Virus record (IMG/VR): IMGVR_UViG_3300028832_000095
Location: 96,001-160,000 of that record
From: a virus
Taxonomy: Duplodnaviria; Caudoviricetes
Strand: one strand, 5' to 3'
DNA length: 64,000 bases
Numbering within the stretch: the first letter of the stretch is position 1; every line of letters begins with the position of its first letter. The position numbers and the translations under genes are program-made. Below, one piece after another: positions 1 through 10,325 of the stretch. The notes below the pieces were generated by a model. The model was not told the origin of the DNA. It was given only the letters and a program-made list of their open reading frames with translations, and did no database searches.

Positions 1-358
1 GAAGATTAAACGAAGATATATATATAAGGATAATGAGTATTATAACGAATTTCAACAGTGGTTAGACAACGATTATCCTAATCTTATCAGGGAAGTTGAG
101 GAATATGTAGAAGAAGGATTCACAACAGAAGCTGCAATAGAGATTGTCTGTGATTATTATGGAATATATAATGACCAAGGTGAAATTGACGATATTTGCA
201 AGTTATTTGGAGTTAGAAGAAGACGCGATTATACACCTCAGGATATGCTTCTAGCATTTGATAAAAATATGCTAGATGTTACAAATGAATACATTGATGG
301 ATATAGAGATGCCTGCAAAGGGATCAAGGAACTGTATGGAATAAATTTGAATATTTAA
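1..358 (+). CDS. Partial hypothetical protein (5' end outside window)
   Basis: Open frame from position 2 (KIKRRYIYKD...) to TAA at 356-358. Confidence 0.6.
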   Translation, partial: KIKRRYIYKDNEYYNEFQQWLDNDYPNLIREVEEYVEEGFTTEAAIEIVCDYYGIYNDQGEIDDICKLFGVRRRRDYTPQDMLLAFDKNMLDVTNEYIDGYRDACKGIKELYGINLNI

Positions 359-371
359 GGGAGATGTTTCT

Positions 372-776
372 ATGAAACTTATTATTGAAGATATTGGTAA
401 TTATAGGTTTGCCATTATTATTAAAAATGATTCTGGCAGAAGTTATAATTTTGTGGAATGGGCAGATTCTTTACAAGATGGTAAATCAACCGCTAGGGAA
501 TACTATGATAGTGATTTTTATCATCGTACTCATTCAGAGTATTGGCTTTATGATACAAAGAAACATAGAGCTTATTTACCACAAGGGTTTAGTTCTACAG
601 ATCAGCAATTTGATAATTCCTTACCTATTTATAAAGAGGATGATGAGGGTAGATATGAACTTCTTGTTGATTATGTAGATGATAAGATATATGGAATGAA
701 AGAGTCCGTTCAGCCTGATGGTAACTCGGTCAGAAAGGCATGGGCAGAAAAACTAGGAGTAGACCAAAACTATTGA
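372..776 (+). CDS. Hypothetical protein with N-terminal IIE signal (candidate capsid cargo); probably N-terminal half of a frameshifted gene
   Basis: RBS AAGGGAG; MKLIIED start, internal MKES. Confidence 0.6.
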   Translation: MKLIIEDIGNYRFAIIIKNDSGRSYNFVEWADSLQDGKSTAREYYDSDFYHRTHSEYWLYDTKKHRAYLPQGFSSTDQQFDNSLPIYKEDDEGRYELLVDYVDDKIYGMKESVQPDGNSVRKAWAEKLGVDQNY

Positions 777-1231
777 GATCTAGTTGCAAAGGAAATTCGT
801 GTACTATTACAATCAGTGCATTGAATATGTTTAGTGTATACGAAAAAGGTCTTAGTAATAAAGATATTGAAGATGCTGGAAATGATGTTATCAAAGAAAT
901 GTCATTAAATGGAAAATGTTATATCACAGATCTTGGAAATTATAGTGGAGCTAAATTAAAGTTCGAGACAGTTACAAATGAATGCATGGTTAAAGAATCT
1001 GCTATGCTGATTGGTTGGAATAAAGTAGAAGATATTTGTAATAACTTCAGATTCACAGGAGACTGGTTCAAAGATTTACATAAACTTTGGGATCGACTTG
1101 ATAAATATTATTATAATGAAGTTGAAGTTTATAATGAAAATATCATTAAAAGAATCAAGGATAAGGTAACAGAAGTTATCATTAGCAAGTATCCAGAGTT
1201 TGAAGAAGAAATTAAAGAAGAAATTTGGTAA
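740..1231 (+). CDS. Hypothetical protein, probable -1-frame continuation of 372..776
   Basis: No well-spaced RBS; overlaps upstream ORF end; contains VKES motif. Confidence 0.45.
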   Translation: MGRKTRSRPKLLRSSCKGNSCTITISALNMFSVYEKGLSNKDIEDAGNDVIKEMSLNGKCYITDLGNYSGAKLKFETVTNECMVKESAMLIGWNKVEDICNNFRFTGDWFKDLHKLWDRLDKYYYNEVEVYNENIIKRIKDKVTEVIISKYPEFEEEIKEEIW

Positions 1232-1291
1232 TAAATTAAGAATCATACAAAGTATAAAATACTTAATAAACTTAAATCTAGTATAATATAC

Positions 1292-1336
1292 AAAAATGTC
1301 ACAAGGAATTCTACATTCTTTGTGACATTTTTTATT
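1292..1336 (+). terminator. Intrinsic terminator
   Basis: aaaaatgtcacaa...ttgtgacattttt stem plus T tract. Confidence 0.75.
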
Positions 1337-1356
1337 GAAAAACTTTTAGAAAACAC

Positions 1357-1392
1357 TTGACTTTTTCTCTAAAATATGTTATACTATATTTG
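1357..1392 (+). promoter_or_regulatory. Sigma-A-type early promoter (repeat family)
   Basis: TTGACT-17-TATACT, TG extended -10, ATATTT tail. Confidence 0.85.
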
Positions 1393-1435
1393 TAAGGTAA
1401 AGGAAGCACAAACAACAAATAAGGAGGAAAAGAAA

Positions 1436-1774
1436 ATGACTACATCCCAGGAAAGAAAAGTTGATTATCTCCGTAGAGAAGCTGAGAAGATGGCTTCCGA
1501 GTATCATAACAACGGTGAGATTAAGAAGTTTGAAGTTGTAGATCACGGTTCCTTTGTTTCTGTTTACATTGAGGTTGGGGACACAAAAGACGAAGGAACA
1601 CTGGCAGCTTTTATTTGCCGAGAGAAAGCACACATCTTTATAGGCAAGCGTGGAGCAATGGAATTTCCGGTATGGGATGCTAAAAGATGTGACCAAAGAT
1701 ACAAGAAGTTCAGATCTTTGTGGTGTGCTTACTACGATCAGGAAAATAATGTGGTTAAAGGTTCTTATAAATAA
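1436..1774 (+). CDS. Hypothetical early protein
   Basis: AAGGAGG RBS before ATG 1436; the track start 1376 lies inside the promoter. Confidence 0.7.
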   Translation: MTTSQERKVDYLRREAEKMASEYHNNGEIKKFEVVDHGSFVSVYIEVGDTKDEGTLAAFICREKAHIFIGKRGAMEFPVWDAKRCDQRYKKFRSLWCAYYDQENNVVKGSYK

Positions 1775-2498
1775 GGAGGGTTTATTATGGAAGCCACTGT
1801 AAGAATTCTTATTAATGATATTGATAAACAGGTCGTTCGTGGAAAGAATAGATTTATCAAGGATTGTTTCTATAAGGTTTGGGATGAGATATATAAACCA
1901 AATAAGCCCGTCACAGATTATGATATTGTCTGGTTTAAGAATGAATTGGAATATAGATATTCGATCTTCATTCTTTGGTCGGCACTGGATAAATTCTTTG
2001 GAGAGTTTTGAAAGGAGTTTATTATGAAAATGTTTGTTGTTTACTCTCATGGAGATTTTGAGGAAGAATTTAATGCATATTCTGAAGCCAGACAGTATGT
2101 AAAAGATCTGATTAAAGGTACAGCAGAGTGCTATGGTATTACACAAAAAAGAGCTAAAGAGGAACTGGAACTCACGATTGAAGAGGTTGAATATATTTAA
2201 TTTTGGAGGTTTTGATTATGTTTACAGTGACTAGACAAGTTTATAACACCACAATGAAATATCTTTCCAAGAACGGACTTCTTTATAAATCTTATGATCT
2301 GTTTGAGTTGTGTGAATATGATCCTGAGATTCCCGAAGACATTAAACAGTGGTCTGAAAATGATGATTATTATGAGTGGGCGCAGTGTCAGCTTGACGTT
2401 ATTCTAGCTAAACATGAACTTAAAGAAGCTCAGAAACAGCTTGATAAGAAGAATAAAAATCTTATGAATTCTGAAAAGAACATACATTTCACTGATTG

Positions 2499-2530
2499 AT
2501 GATGTTTCTAAATGAAACATCATTTTTTTT
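2499..2530 (+). terminator. Intrinsic terminator
   Basis: atgatgtttc-taaat-gaaacatcat followed by T run. Confidence 0.7.
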
Positions 2531-2540
2531 CAAATCAATA

Positions 2541-2575
2541 TTGACTTTTGAACAATTATATGTTATACTATATGT
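2541..2575 (+). promoter_or_regulatory. Sigma-A-type early promoter (repeat family)
   Basis: TTGACT-17-TATACT. Confidence 0.8.
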
Positions 2576-2592
2576 ATGGAGGTGATCTGTTC

Positions 2593-2949
2593 ATGAGTTT
2601 GAAATCAATTCTTACAGATTATGGAATTAAGGATGAAGAAGGTCTTAGGTTTGTTCTGGATCAATATGGAAAGATTATTCAGGAACTAAGCCACAATGAA
2701 TTATCTAAACTAACATACGATGCAAATTATCTATTGGAACACTTTGAATATAAATTCAAAGAGTATATCAAGCCGTGGGAATATGATGGATTCCCACAGA
2801 ACTTCCGATCAATTGTTTTTGAGACAAACAAGGGGGATGTCTTCTCAGGGTATTTCGATGTTGAAAAACATTTGTTTATAAATTCTAACAAACAAACTTG
2901 TGATGAGTTCTACGAAGATGAAGTTTGTGGTTGGTTCTATGATAACTGA
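2593..2949 (+). CDS. Hypothetical protein
   Basis: GGAGGT RBS before ATG 2593. Confidence 0.65.
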   Translation: MSLKSILTDYGIKDEEGLRFVLDQYGKIIQELSHNELSKLTYDANYLLEHFEYKFKEYIKPWEYDGFPQNFRSIVFETNKGDVFSGYFDVEKHLFINSNKQTCDEFYEDEVCGWFYDN

Positions 2950-2964
2950 TATTGGAGGTAATGT

Positions 2965-3558
2965 ATGCTTATTCCGGCACAATTGAGACAGGATGAATTA
3001 AAGCAGTTATTCATAAACACATGGTATGATGAAAAGTTCAAATACTATTGGGATGGAACAGGAAGATCTGTGTATCAGAGTGATGATAACTGCTATTATT
3101 CTCGGCAGTTTACATCGGTAGATAAAGATAACAATATCATCGGATATATTGGATATTCCTATAACAATGATAATCGTTCTGCCAATAACTTTGGATTATG
3201 TGCTTTTAACGGAACAAATAAAATATTTTTTGATGATGTGATCCTGTGTATATACGAGATATTCTATAAGTTTCATCTTAATAGAGTAGAGTTCTGTGCC
3301 TTTGAAGGTAATCCTGCTATAAAAGGATATAGAGCTTTTCTTAAAAGATATGGTGGTAAAGAAGTAGCACATCTCCATGAAGTTTGTAGGCTTATGGACG
3401 GAAAGTTACACGATTCATTTATATTTGAATGTTTAAGAATGGATCTGAAAGTAGAACACCATATCAATTATAATGCTGAATATGAGTTTGAAACTGTATT
3501 GGAACGAGATGCCACAAAAATTATAGAAAGACGTAAACAGGAGGAAAATAAGAAATGA
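2965..3558 (+). CDS. GNAT (RimJ/RimL-like) acetyltransferase-fold protein
   Basis: IIGYIG strand, FYKFHLNRVEF...EGNPAI...GGKEV...DGKLHD pattern typical of the RimJ/RimL family. Confidence 0.6.
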   Translation: MLIPAQLRQDELKQLFINTWYDEKFKYYWDGTGRSVYQSDDNCYYSRQFTSVDKDNNIIGYIGYSYNNDNRSANNFGLCAFNGTNKIFFDDVILCIYEIFYKFHLNRVEFCAFEGNPAIKGYRAFLKRYGGKEVAHLHEVCRLMDGKLHDSFIFECLRMDLKVEHHINYNAEYEFETVLERDATKIIERRKQEENKK

Positions 3559-4154
3559 TTTTATCTGATAGAGGAATTAAAGAAGCAATCGAAAAAAGAA
3601 CTATTATTGTAGACCCCTGTGATGACATTTGTATTCAACCTGCCAGTCTTGACATTAGACTAGGTAGAAGTTTTGCAACACCTGAAACAAAGAAATATGA
3701 TGTTATTCCTTTCGACAAAGAAATCAAATACAAAAGAGTTATTGCAGATAGATTCATTCTAATGCCGGGTGAGTTTGTTTTAGGAACTACTATGGAAGCT
3801 ATTAGACTGCCAAATAATATCACGGCATTCGTAGAGGGAAGAAGCTCTATCGGTAGACTTGGTTTATTTGTTCAAAACGCAGGATGGGTAGATCCTGGTT
3901 TCTGTGGTGAAATTACATTGGAATTATTCAATGCCGGAAATCACTGTATTGAACTTATTGCCGGAACTAGAATCGCACAGCTTGTATTTGCCTTAATGGA
4001 TCAAAATGCTGAAAATCCTTATAATGGAAAATATCAAGGTCAGGGTGGTGCAACAGGTTCTATGATTTATAAGGATTTTAACGTACAACCAAAGCAAGTA
4101 AACTATTCAACTGATTATCCTAGTTATATGGGAATGAGAGAATATGATGACTAA
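3555..4154 (+). CDS. dcd: dCTP deaminase
   Basis: MILSD, QPASLDIRLG, EGRSSIGRLG, GWVDPGFCGEITLEL, RIAQL, YNGKYQGQ. Confidence 0.95.
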   Translation: MILSDRGIKEAIEKRTIIVDPCDDICIQPASLDIRLGRSFATPETKKYDVIPFDKEIKYKRVIADRFILMPGEFVLGTTMEAIRLPNNITAFVEGRSSIGRLGLFVQNAGWVDPGFCGEITLELFNAGNHCIELIAGTRIAQLVFALMDQNAENPYNGKYQGQGGATGSMIYKDFNVQPKQVNYSTDYPSYMGMREYDD

Positions 4155-4524
4155 TATAAAATTATATAATGGTGACTGCTTAACTGAAATGAATAACATA
4201 GAAGATTATTCAATTGACTGTATTATATGTGATCTTCCTTATGGAACAACTAAGTGTGAGTGGGATACTGTTATTGATTTTACGGACTTGTGGAATTGCT
4301 ATAACAGAATTTTGAAACAAAATTCAACAGTGGTCTTGTTTGCAAGCGGATTATTTACTTATCGGGTATATCAAAGTAATGTGAAAGATTATAGGTACAA
4401 ACTTATATGGAAGAAGAATGTTCCAACCGGAATGACAAGTGCAAAATATAGACCAATGAAATATTATGAAGAAATGTTGATATTTCAAAAAGGAAATCCT
4501 ACATACAATTTGATTCTAATGTAA
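4144..4524 (+). pseudogene. Truncated N4/N6 DNA methyltransferase (beta class), SAM-binding half missing
   Basis: GDCL...SIDCIICDLPYG catalytic motif IV; stops after PTYN with no FxGxG motif. Confidence 0.75.
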
Positions 4525-4988
4525 GTTCATGCAATCTGTTTGATCCTGAATTTAATGAGAGAGTTGAGGTTTGTGCTTCACGAGCGTTAGTTCCACATAA
4601 AATGTCTGCAAAAAATTCTATTCTGACAGAATGTTTTGATGCATCCATTAAAGATAGAATGATTAAATACGGTGAGAGATATGAAAAAGAATTCTCATGT
4701 AGATTTCAACAGATTAAAAAGGGTTGTTTTGATCGCTTAGTATATGTTATATTCTTTAAGGATGTTGCTGTTGTTTATATGACATATTCAAAAGAATTGA
4801 ATAAAGATATGGGTGTGGCTAACACACAGCATAAGAATTCAGTGAATGAGTGTCAGTTCTCTGTGAATAATTTCAATATTGCAAAACACGAAAAGAACAT
4901 CTCTGCTGTTTTTACATATGATAAGATTCTTGATTATCTAAGTTATGATGCGGAGGAAACAGAGAATGAAGCCATTAAAGCAAAGTAA
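4509..4988 (+). pseudogene. N-terminally truncated restriction-endonuclease-like protein
   Basis: Frame open upstream of ATG 4602 (LFDPEFNERVEVCASR) without start/RBS; FQQIKKGCFD, QHKN...QF resemble PD-(D/E)xK REase-like proteins. Confidence 0.4.
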
Positions 4989-5520
4989 ATATGTAATAAC
5001 AAATGGAGAAGATTATGTAGCAAATTCAACAGGAACATCTTTCAAAGTAAATAAAGAGGATGCCTATATGTGGTCAACAGAATCAGCAGCTAATAATGTT
5101 CTAATCAATCAGATGGGGCATAAGAAGTCTTATATGGTAAAAGAGATCACTGTTTATAAATCAGATATTGCTCCTGATATAACTATGGATGTAGAAGTCA
5201 TCCAGAACTTTCTTGATATAGTTATGGATAGTGCAGAACATGAAGAAGAACTAAGATCACAACTTAGAAAAACAGATAGGTCTATATCTGATATTTTACA
5301 TTATATAGAAATGACTGATCTTAATGCCCGTGATGGGTATATGGTTTATAAGCAACTAAAAGCCTATCAGAGATCGCGGAGAGAGATTAAGAATAGGTTG
5401 AAGATTGTAGAAAGTGTGAACTCACTTTCAATTGATCCACAAGTCTTGAAGTCTGTAATTTCATTTTTCAAGGAAAGAAGTTATAGACCGAGAGAACTTG
5501 ATTTTGATGATATGTGGTAA
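4966..5520 (+). CDS. Hypothetical coiled-coil phage protein
   Basis: GGAGG RBS; SDILHYIE...DGY...RREIKN...YRPR. Confidence 0.65.
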   Translation: MKPLKQSKYVITNGEDYVANSTGTSFKVNKEDAYMWSTESAANNVLINQMGHKKSYMVKEITVYKSDIAPDITMDVEVIQNFLDIVMDSAEHEEELRSQLRKTDRSISDILHYIEMTDLNARDGYMVYKQLKAYQRSRREIKNRLKIVESVNSLSIDPQVLKSVISFFKERSYRPRELDFDDMW

Positions 5521-5535
5521 ATGGAGGTAGTGTAT

Positions 5536-6771
5536 ATGAGAGCAACTATTATTTCAGAATCTACGGAAGATCAAAAGTTTAGCTTTCTTCCAAATCTAAC
5601 AAAGGCAAAAACATTTTCCGGAAAGATGGCAGCAATCTGTTATCTTAAAGATAAATACTTTAATACAAATGCTTCTGATAATGCTAAATCATATGACAGA
5701 TTTATGCGTGTAGCAGAAACAGGACATCACAGTATTGCGGATCATTATTTTGTAACGGTTCTTTTTGAGAACATTCCAAAAATGACAGCAATGATTCTAA
5801 ATAGTCTTGGGTTCTATAATACCTCCGAGAAAAGCGGAAGATATACAGTTATGAACGCCGATGAAGAAGATATGATTAAATATCATAAAAATTATGAACT
5901 GTATAACAAATGGATTCCAATCCTAACAGAACTTATTAAAAAAGAATATCCCACAATGGATGATAAACTGGTAGAAAAACTATCACTTGAAAATGCACGT
6001 TATATGCTTAGTGTATTCTCACATAGCACAACGATGTCATATACAACCTCTTTCCGGATGTGGAGTTATATTAAGTGTTATTGCGATAGGCATATTATGA
6101 CACATGAATCTAATTATGATAATATGACGCAGTTTGAAAAAGACTTGTTTGACTGTATTAAGGAACTAAGGAATTGTATTGAGGAAATGTATTTATTCTC
6201 AAATGATCTTATTGAGAATAAAGGAAGAGGTTTCTATTTCCTCGCAAAACAAACATTCTTTAATACAGACAATATGAGAGAGTGCATTGGTGATGCCTAT
6301 TTGATTAAATACGGATCATCCTTTGCCGACCTTGCACAACAGCAGAGACATAGAAACATCAAATATTATATGAACTATGACGGAAAGTACCATCAATTCT
6401 ATGTTCCAAAAATTATTAAGGACACGGAGTATGAATCACAGTGGGTAGAAGATTTAATGTCTATTGCAGAAACAACACCGATTGCAACAAAAGTTCAGGT
6501 GGTGGAGACAGGTTTTATTGGTGAGTTTTTACTGAAATGTGATGAAAGACTTTGTGGAAGAGTGCAGCTTGAAACAATGAATACTATCACACAAAATCTA
6601 ATTAGATTTGCAAGAAACCGTGGTAATTCACCGTTCATGAAAGATATGTTATCTAAATATATTGATATTGACAACTACAATGAACAAACAGTTAAGACTA
6701 AGTGTTGTAGAGTAAACTGCAAAGAACCTTGTTTCTTTGGCGCAAAGAACGGGATCACAAGAAAGATTTGA
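5536..6771 (+). CDS. thyX: ThyX-like FAD-dependent thymidylate synthase (long two-domain form)
   Basis: GHHSIADH, SEKSGRY, ENARYML, QQQRHR motifs; near dcd. Confidence 0.7.
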   Translation: MRATIISESTEDQKFSFLPNLTKAKTFSGKMAAICYLKDKYFNTNASDNAKSYDRFMRVAETGHHSIADHYFVTVLFENIPKMTAMILNSLGFYNTSEKSGRYTVMNADEEDMIKYHKNYELYNKWIPILTELIKKEYPTMDDKLVEKLSLENARYMLSVFSHSTTMSYTTSFRMWSYIKCYCDRHIMTHESNYDNMTQFEKDLFDCIKELRNCIEEMYLFSNDLIENKGRGFYFLAKQTFFNTDNMRECIGDAYLIKYGSSFADLAQQQRHRNIKYYMNYDGKYHQFYVPKIIKDTEYESQWVEDLMSIAETTPIATKVQVVETGFIGEFLLKCDERLCGRVQLETMNTITQNLIRFARNRGNSPFMKDMLSKYIDIDNYNEQTVKTKCCRVNCKEPCFFGAKNGITRKI

Positions 6772-6789
6772 TATTTAGTGATATTATAC

Positions 6790-6825
6790 AAAAACTCCTA
6801 CATCTATTTGTAGGAGTTTTATTTT
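6790..6825 (+). terminator. Intrinsic terminator
   Basis: aaaactcctaca/tgtaggagtttt stem. Confidence 0.8.
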
Positions 6826-6833
6826 ATATCCTA

Positions 6834-6869
6834 TTGACTTTTTCTTATAAATGTGTTATAATATATTTG
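6834..6869 (+). promoter_or_regulatory. Sigma-A-type early promoter (repeat family)
   Basis: TTGACT-17-TATAAT-ATATTT. Confidence 0.85.
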
Positions 6870-6908
6870 TAAACTAGATAAATAACTATCAGATCGGAGG
6901 TATTTGTT

Positions 6909-7298
6909 ATGACGTTTACTGATGCTCAGATCAATGAATTTAAGGAAAAGGTGTCCGAATTGTTTATGGATAAGTTCTATGAATTTATTGATGATGTAAA
7001 AGAAACTCGCGGAGATGGAAAAGACTTTGCATGGAAGTATGGTTTCACTATTCGCCCTAAATTCATCGAGAAGTGGACAAAGAATACAATGACTAACGCA
7101 AATAAGTTCGCATCTCAGGTTTTTAATGGAGGAACTATTGATTTCTGGATGAATAACGGTCTTGAAAAGGAAATGATCTGGAAACTGGTGTCAGAAGGAT
7201 TCCTTTCTGAATCTACTGCATGGAAAAGTGGCTCTAAGACATTCTACTTTCTCAAGCAAGATATTATAAAGGAAATTTTTAAGCAGTATAGACGATAA
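6909..7298 (+). CDS. Hypothetical protein
   Basis: GGAGGT RBS, first gene after promoter. Confidence 0.7.
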   Translation: MTFTDAQINEFKEKVSELFMDKFYEFIDDVKETRGDGKDFAWKYGFTIRPKFIEKWTKNTMTNANKFASQVFNGGTIDFWMNNGLEKEMIWKLVSEGFLSESTAWKSGSKTFYFLKQDIIKEIFKQYRR

Positions 7299-7459
7299 TT
7301 AAGAAGTATTATTTGATTAAAGGAGGATTACTGAAATGGAGTTTATTATTAGTGTTATGAGAGAGGAACTTGACAGACTTCCGGGCGGTATTGAGGATCA
7401 AGCTAGGGAGTTTCTTAGCAGAGTTTGCAAAACTGATGAAAGTGCGGAGGATAGTGAAA

Positions 7460-7795
7460 ATGATTACAATTAAGAAATCTGATTTGTCCGATCTGTTTAA
7501 CTATATTAGGTGGACTATTGATAATCCATCTCCATGTATGAAATGTTATAGTTATGGAACACCCGAATGCTGTGGATGTATTCAGGATAGTGACTATCGA
7601 GAAAAGAAACATTCTCTTCCCGGATCATCCGTATATAATAATATGAACTATCAGAAACTTGCAGATGCTTATGTAAGAAAATATATAGCAGAAAAAGCAA
7701 AAGAAGAAGCAATCAAGAATTATAATAAAGAAGCGTCAGTGTATGAATCAGTGCTACAAGAATATGATGTAGTTTGTGAAGAAACCACTAAATAA
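7460..7795 (+). CDS. Hypothetical Cys-rich protein
   Basis: GGAGG RBS before ATG 7460; PCMKC...CCGC. Confidence 0.6.
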   Translation: MITIKKSDLSDLFNYIRWTIDNPSPCMKCYSYGTPECCGCIQDSDYREKKHSLPGSSVYNNMNYQKLADAYVRKYIAEKAKEEAIKNYNKEASVYESVLQEYDVVCEETTK

Positions 7796-8262
7796 AGGAT
7801 TTTGCGTATGAATCAAAATGAATTATATGATGAAATACCTCACGAACTTAAAGAGTGTGGAAGAGTTCAGATTAAAAATATTTTTCGTGATGCTGGATAT
7901 GTTGTATTCCGTGATCATGTTGTTGATCATACTGGATATTATATATTCAAAGAAGTATTTACTAAAAATGACATTATAAACCCAATTCGTTATAAATATC
8001 TAGGTTGGTATAAACTACTTAAACAGGTCATGTATGAAATTAAAAATGATTACATGGATTCATGTAGGCATTTTGAAGTAAATGTGACTAGCGTTCTGGA
8101 GGTATATGATAATGAAGTGTCTTGAATTTCCACCAATGTTGTTTGATGAGTGTGAATTCGATTTCCCAGATGACATGAGAAGACTTCTGAATCTTCTTGA
8201 AATGGATTACTATTGGGATATTAAAGATTATGTATACAGACCTTGGGATAATGATAAGGAGT

Positions 8263-8976
8263 ATGAATAATATGTATTCAAATGTAATGGCGAATATTAA
8301 AAATAATAATAAGTTCCCTGTTTGCTGTAATCAGTCTAAGTTAAATTATAATAAATACAAACAACTCTGTGAACAGAGTCAAGAAAAAGCAGAGTTGTGT
8401 GACAAAATCAGAAATGATTTTGGTGAGGAATACACAAGTGACGCTAAGCGTGAATGGAGAAAAATCGCTAAAGACCGTGACACTGTATGCACTTGTCTTA
8501 AACTAAATAAAGTTATGGATTCTTTGATGCAAGAAATCATAGATGAATATTCTTTGGAATTTATTGGTAATGGCAGTAAGGAATGTGACGGATCGCAAGG
8601 TTTAGTTCACTTGTGGAATCATGATAATGCTTCATGTTTCAAAGCAAAAGCGAAAGATGCATATATTCTGATGGAGCACAGCGAGAATATATTCAACGGA
8701 TATTACTTCATTGATTTCGATATCCATTATGTATTTTCAAATTCAGTTGAATGTGCATTGTTGGAATGGGATTTGAGAAAGCACGATGACTATTTTAACT
8801 TTTCTGATGAACCGAATCGTATTGGATTTGTCGATCTTCATTATGATGTATATGAGAAAGCAGAATATTTTTATATGCAAAAAAAGCTAAAGGAAAAGCT
8901 TGAACAGTTCTTTGAACAACATAGGTTAGATATCATTCTTTGGGAAGAACTCGAAAATGATGAATCCGGAAAATAA
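8263..8976 (+). CDS. Hypothetical protein
   Basis: AAGGAG RBS before ATG 8263. Confidence 0.6.
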   Translation: MNNMYSNVMANIKNNNKFPVCCNQSKLNYNKYKQLCEQSQEKAELCDKIRNDFGEEYTSDAKREWRKIAKDRDTVCTCLKLNKVMDSLMQEIIDEYSLEFIGNGSKECDGSQGLVHLWNHDNASCFKAKAKDAYILMEHSENIFNGYYFIDFDIHYVFSNSVECALLEWDLRKHDDYFNFSDEPNRIGFVDLHYDVYEKAEYFYMQKKLKEKLEQFFEQHRLDIILWEELENDESGK

Positions 8977-9179
8977 CTTCTTCATATGGGATATAATCAA
9001 CAACATCCCTCATGAACTAACTCTATTTAGAATAAGTTTGAAAAGGCATACTGTATGATTAAATAAGATGACAGATATGCAACTACACATAATCTTATAG
9101 AGAATTCGTGATATTAAAAAACAACTCTATTTATTATGACGGAATCACAAGAAAGATATGATGCTTAGTAAATATATAC

Positions 9180-9215
9180 AAAAACTCATGCAAATATTTG
9201 TATGAGTTTTATTTT
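9180..9215 (+). terminator. Intrinsic terminator
   Basis: aaaactcatgcaaa/tttgtatgagtttt stem. Confidence 0.75.
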
Positions 9216-9234
9216 ATAAATTTCAAGAAAACAC

Positions 9235-9269
9235 TTGACAAAATCAAAAATATATGTTATACTATATTT
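9235..9269 (+). promoter_or_regulatory. Sigma-A-type early promoter (repeat family)
   Basis: TTGACA-17-TATACT-ATATTT. Confidence 0.85.
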
Positions 9270-9321
9270 ACAAGGTTAAGTAACGAATAATAAAGCCAAA
9301 AACATTGAGGAGGATCTAAAA

Positions 9322-9549
9322 ATGGAAAACAAGAAAACCTGTACTTTTGTGTTCTACAAGTTTATTGACAAAGAGGAAAACTATGCCAAGGTTAGATGTA
9401 CCAACTGCGGTGATTTTGCTATTGCTCAGTACATTCACAGATGGGAAACAGAAAGACTTAATGATCTTATGCGGATCAAGTTCTGTCCTCATTGTGGTGC
9501 CGAGGATACTCTGTACGATAGAGTATGGAGTGGTGAGTTTGACGATTGA
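9322..9549 (+). CDS. Small zinc-ribbon protein
   Basis: CTNC...CPHC; GAGGAGG RBS. Confidence 0.65.
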   Translation: MENKKTCTFVFYKFIDKEENYAKVRCTNCGDFAIAQYIHRWETERLNDLMRIKFCPHCGAEDTLYDRVWSGEFDD

Positions 9550-9564
9550 TGGAGGATATTAAGT

Positions 9565-9933
9565 ATGAAAATCATTGAGATTAAATATTTTGAAAACCTT
9601 AGAGAAGTAATGAAAGATCCTAAATATCGTAGAAGCCATATCGGAGTATATGTCGCTTATAAGAACTATATGGAATCCGTCAGACTTGGTGCAGAGGAAT
9701 TTGAAGTTTCTGATCCTCCGTATAATGAAGAAGATATGCGGGAATTTATCAAAACTCTGGAAGCCGCCGGAGTAAATAGATTCTGCTATACTGCCAAGAA
9801 CACCATTACAATTGATTTCCTTCATGTATGTACCGATATGTGGTGGCAGAATATTCATGTTGGATCTATTCACAGAACTAATGAAATTTTCGGAGAAGAA
9901 GATGTAAAAGGAATATGGGTAGAGATTTCTTGA
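9565..9933 (+). CDS. Hypothetical protein
   Basis: GGAGG RBS. Confidence 0.65.
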   Translation: MKIIEIKYFENLREVMKDPKYRRSHIGVYVAYKNYMESVRLGAEEFEVSDPPYNEEDMREFIKTLEAAGVNRFCYTAKNTITIDFLHVCTDMWWQNIHVGSIHRTNEIFGEEDVKGIWVEIS

Positions 9934-9947
9934 AGGAGTGTATAAAA

Positions 9948-10325
9948 ATGATTATGTGTGTTTGGTTAGATGATATCAGGGAAATTCCGGAAATAAATAT
10001 TCGTCATTGTGTTCGTGAAGAACCTGAGTTTGGAATGAACACATATATCACATACAGAGCTAAATCTGTAAATTATGCAAAATCTCTTATTGAGAGTGCG
10101 GTAAAGCAGAATAGGTATGACGGATATCTTCTTGATCTTGACCATGATCTTGGAGACTATTCAAAAGACGGCGGAGATGCCTATAAGCTGATCCTGTGGA
10201 TGATTGAAAATGGATATGTAAGCAATAAATTCAAATTCAGACTGCATACAATGAATCCGGTTGGTAGAGAGAACATGAAAGAACTTATTATCCGTTATTT
10301 TGGAAAGGAAAATTATTATGATTGA
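9948..10325 (+). CDS. Cyclic-phosphate-processing receiver-domain protein
   Basis: WLDDIR, LDLDHDLG, HTMNPVGRENM motifs. Confidence 0.75.
   Translation: MIMCVWLDDIREIPEINIRHCVREEPEFGMNTYITYRAKSVNYAKSLIESAVKQNRYDGYLLDLDHDLGDYSKDGGDAYKLILWMIENGYVSNKFKFRLHTMNPVGRENMKELIIRYFGKENYYD

Noticed and set aside
8977-9180. ~200-nt gap without a called ORF as possible ncRNA or tRNA
   Set aside because: No cloverleaf, T-loop motif or convincing structure seen; may be a gene remnant.
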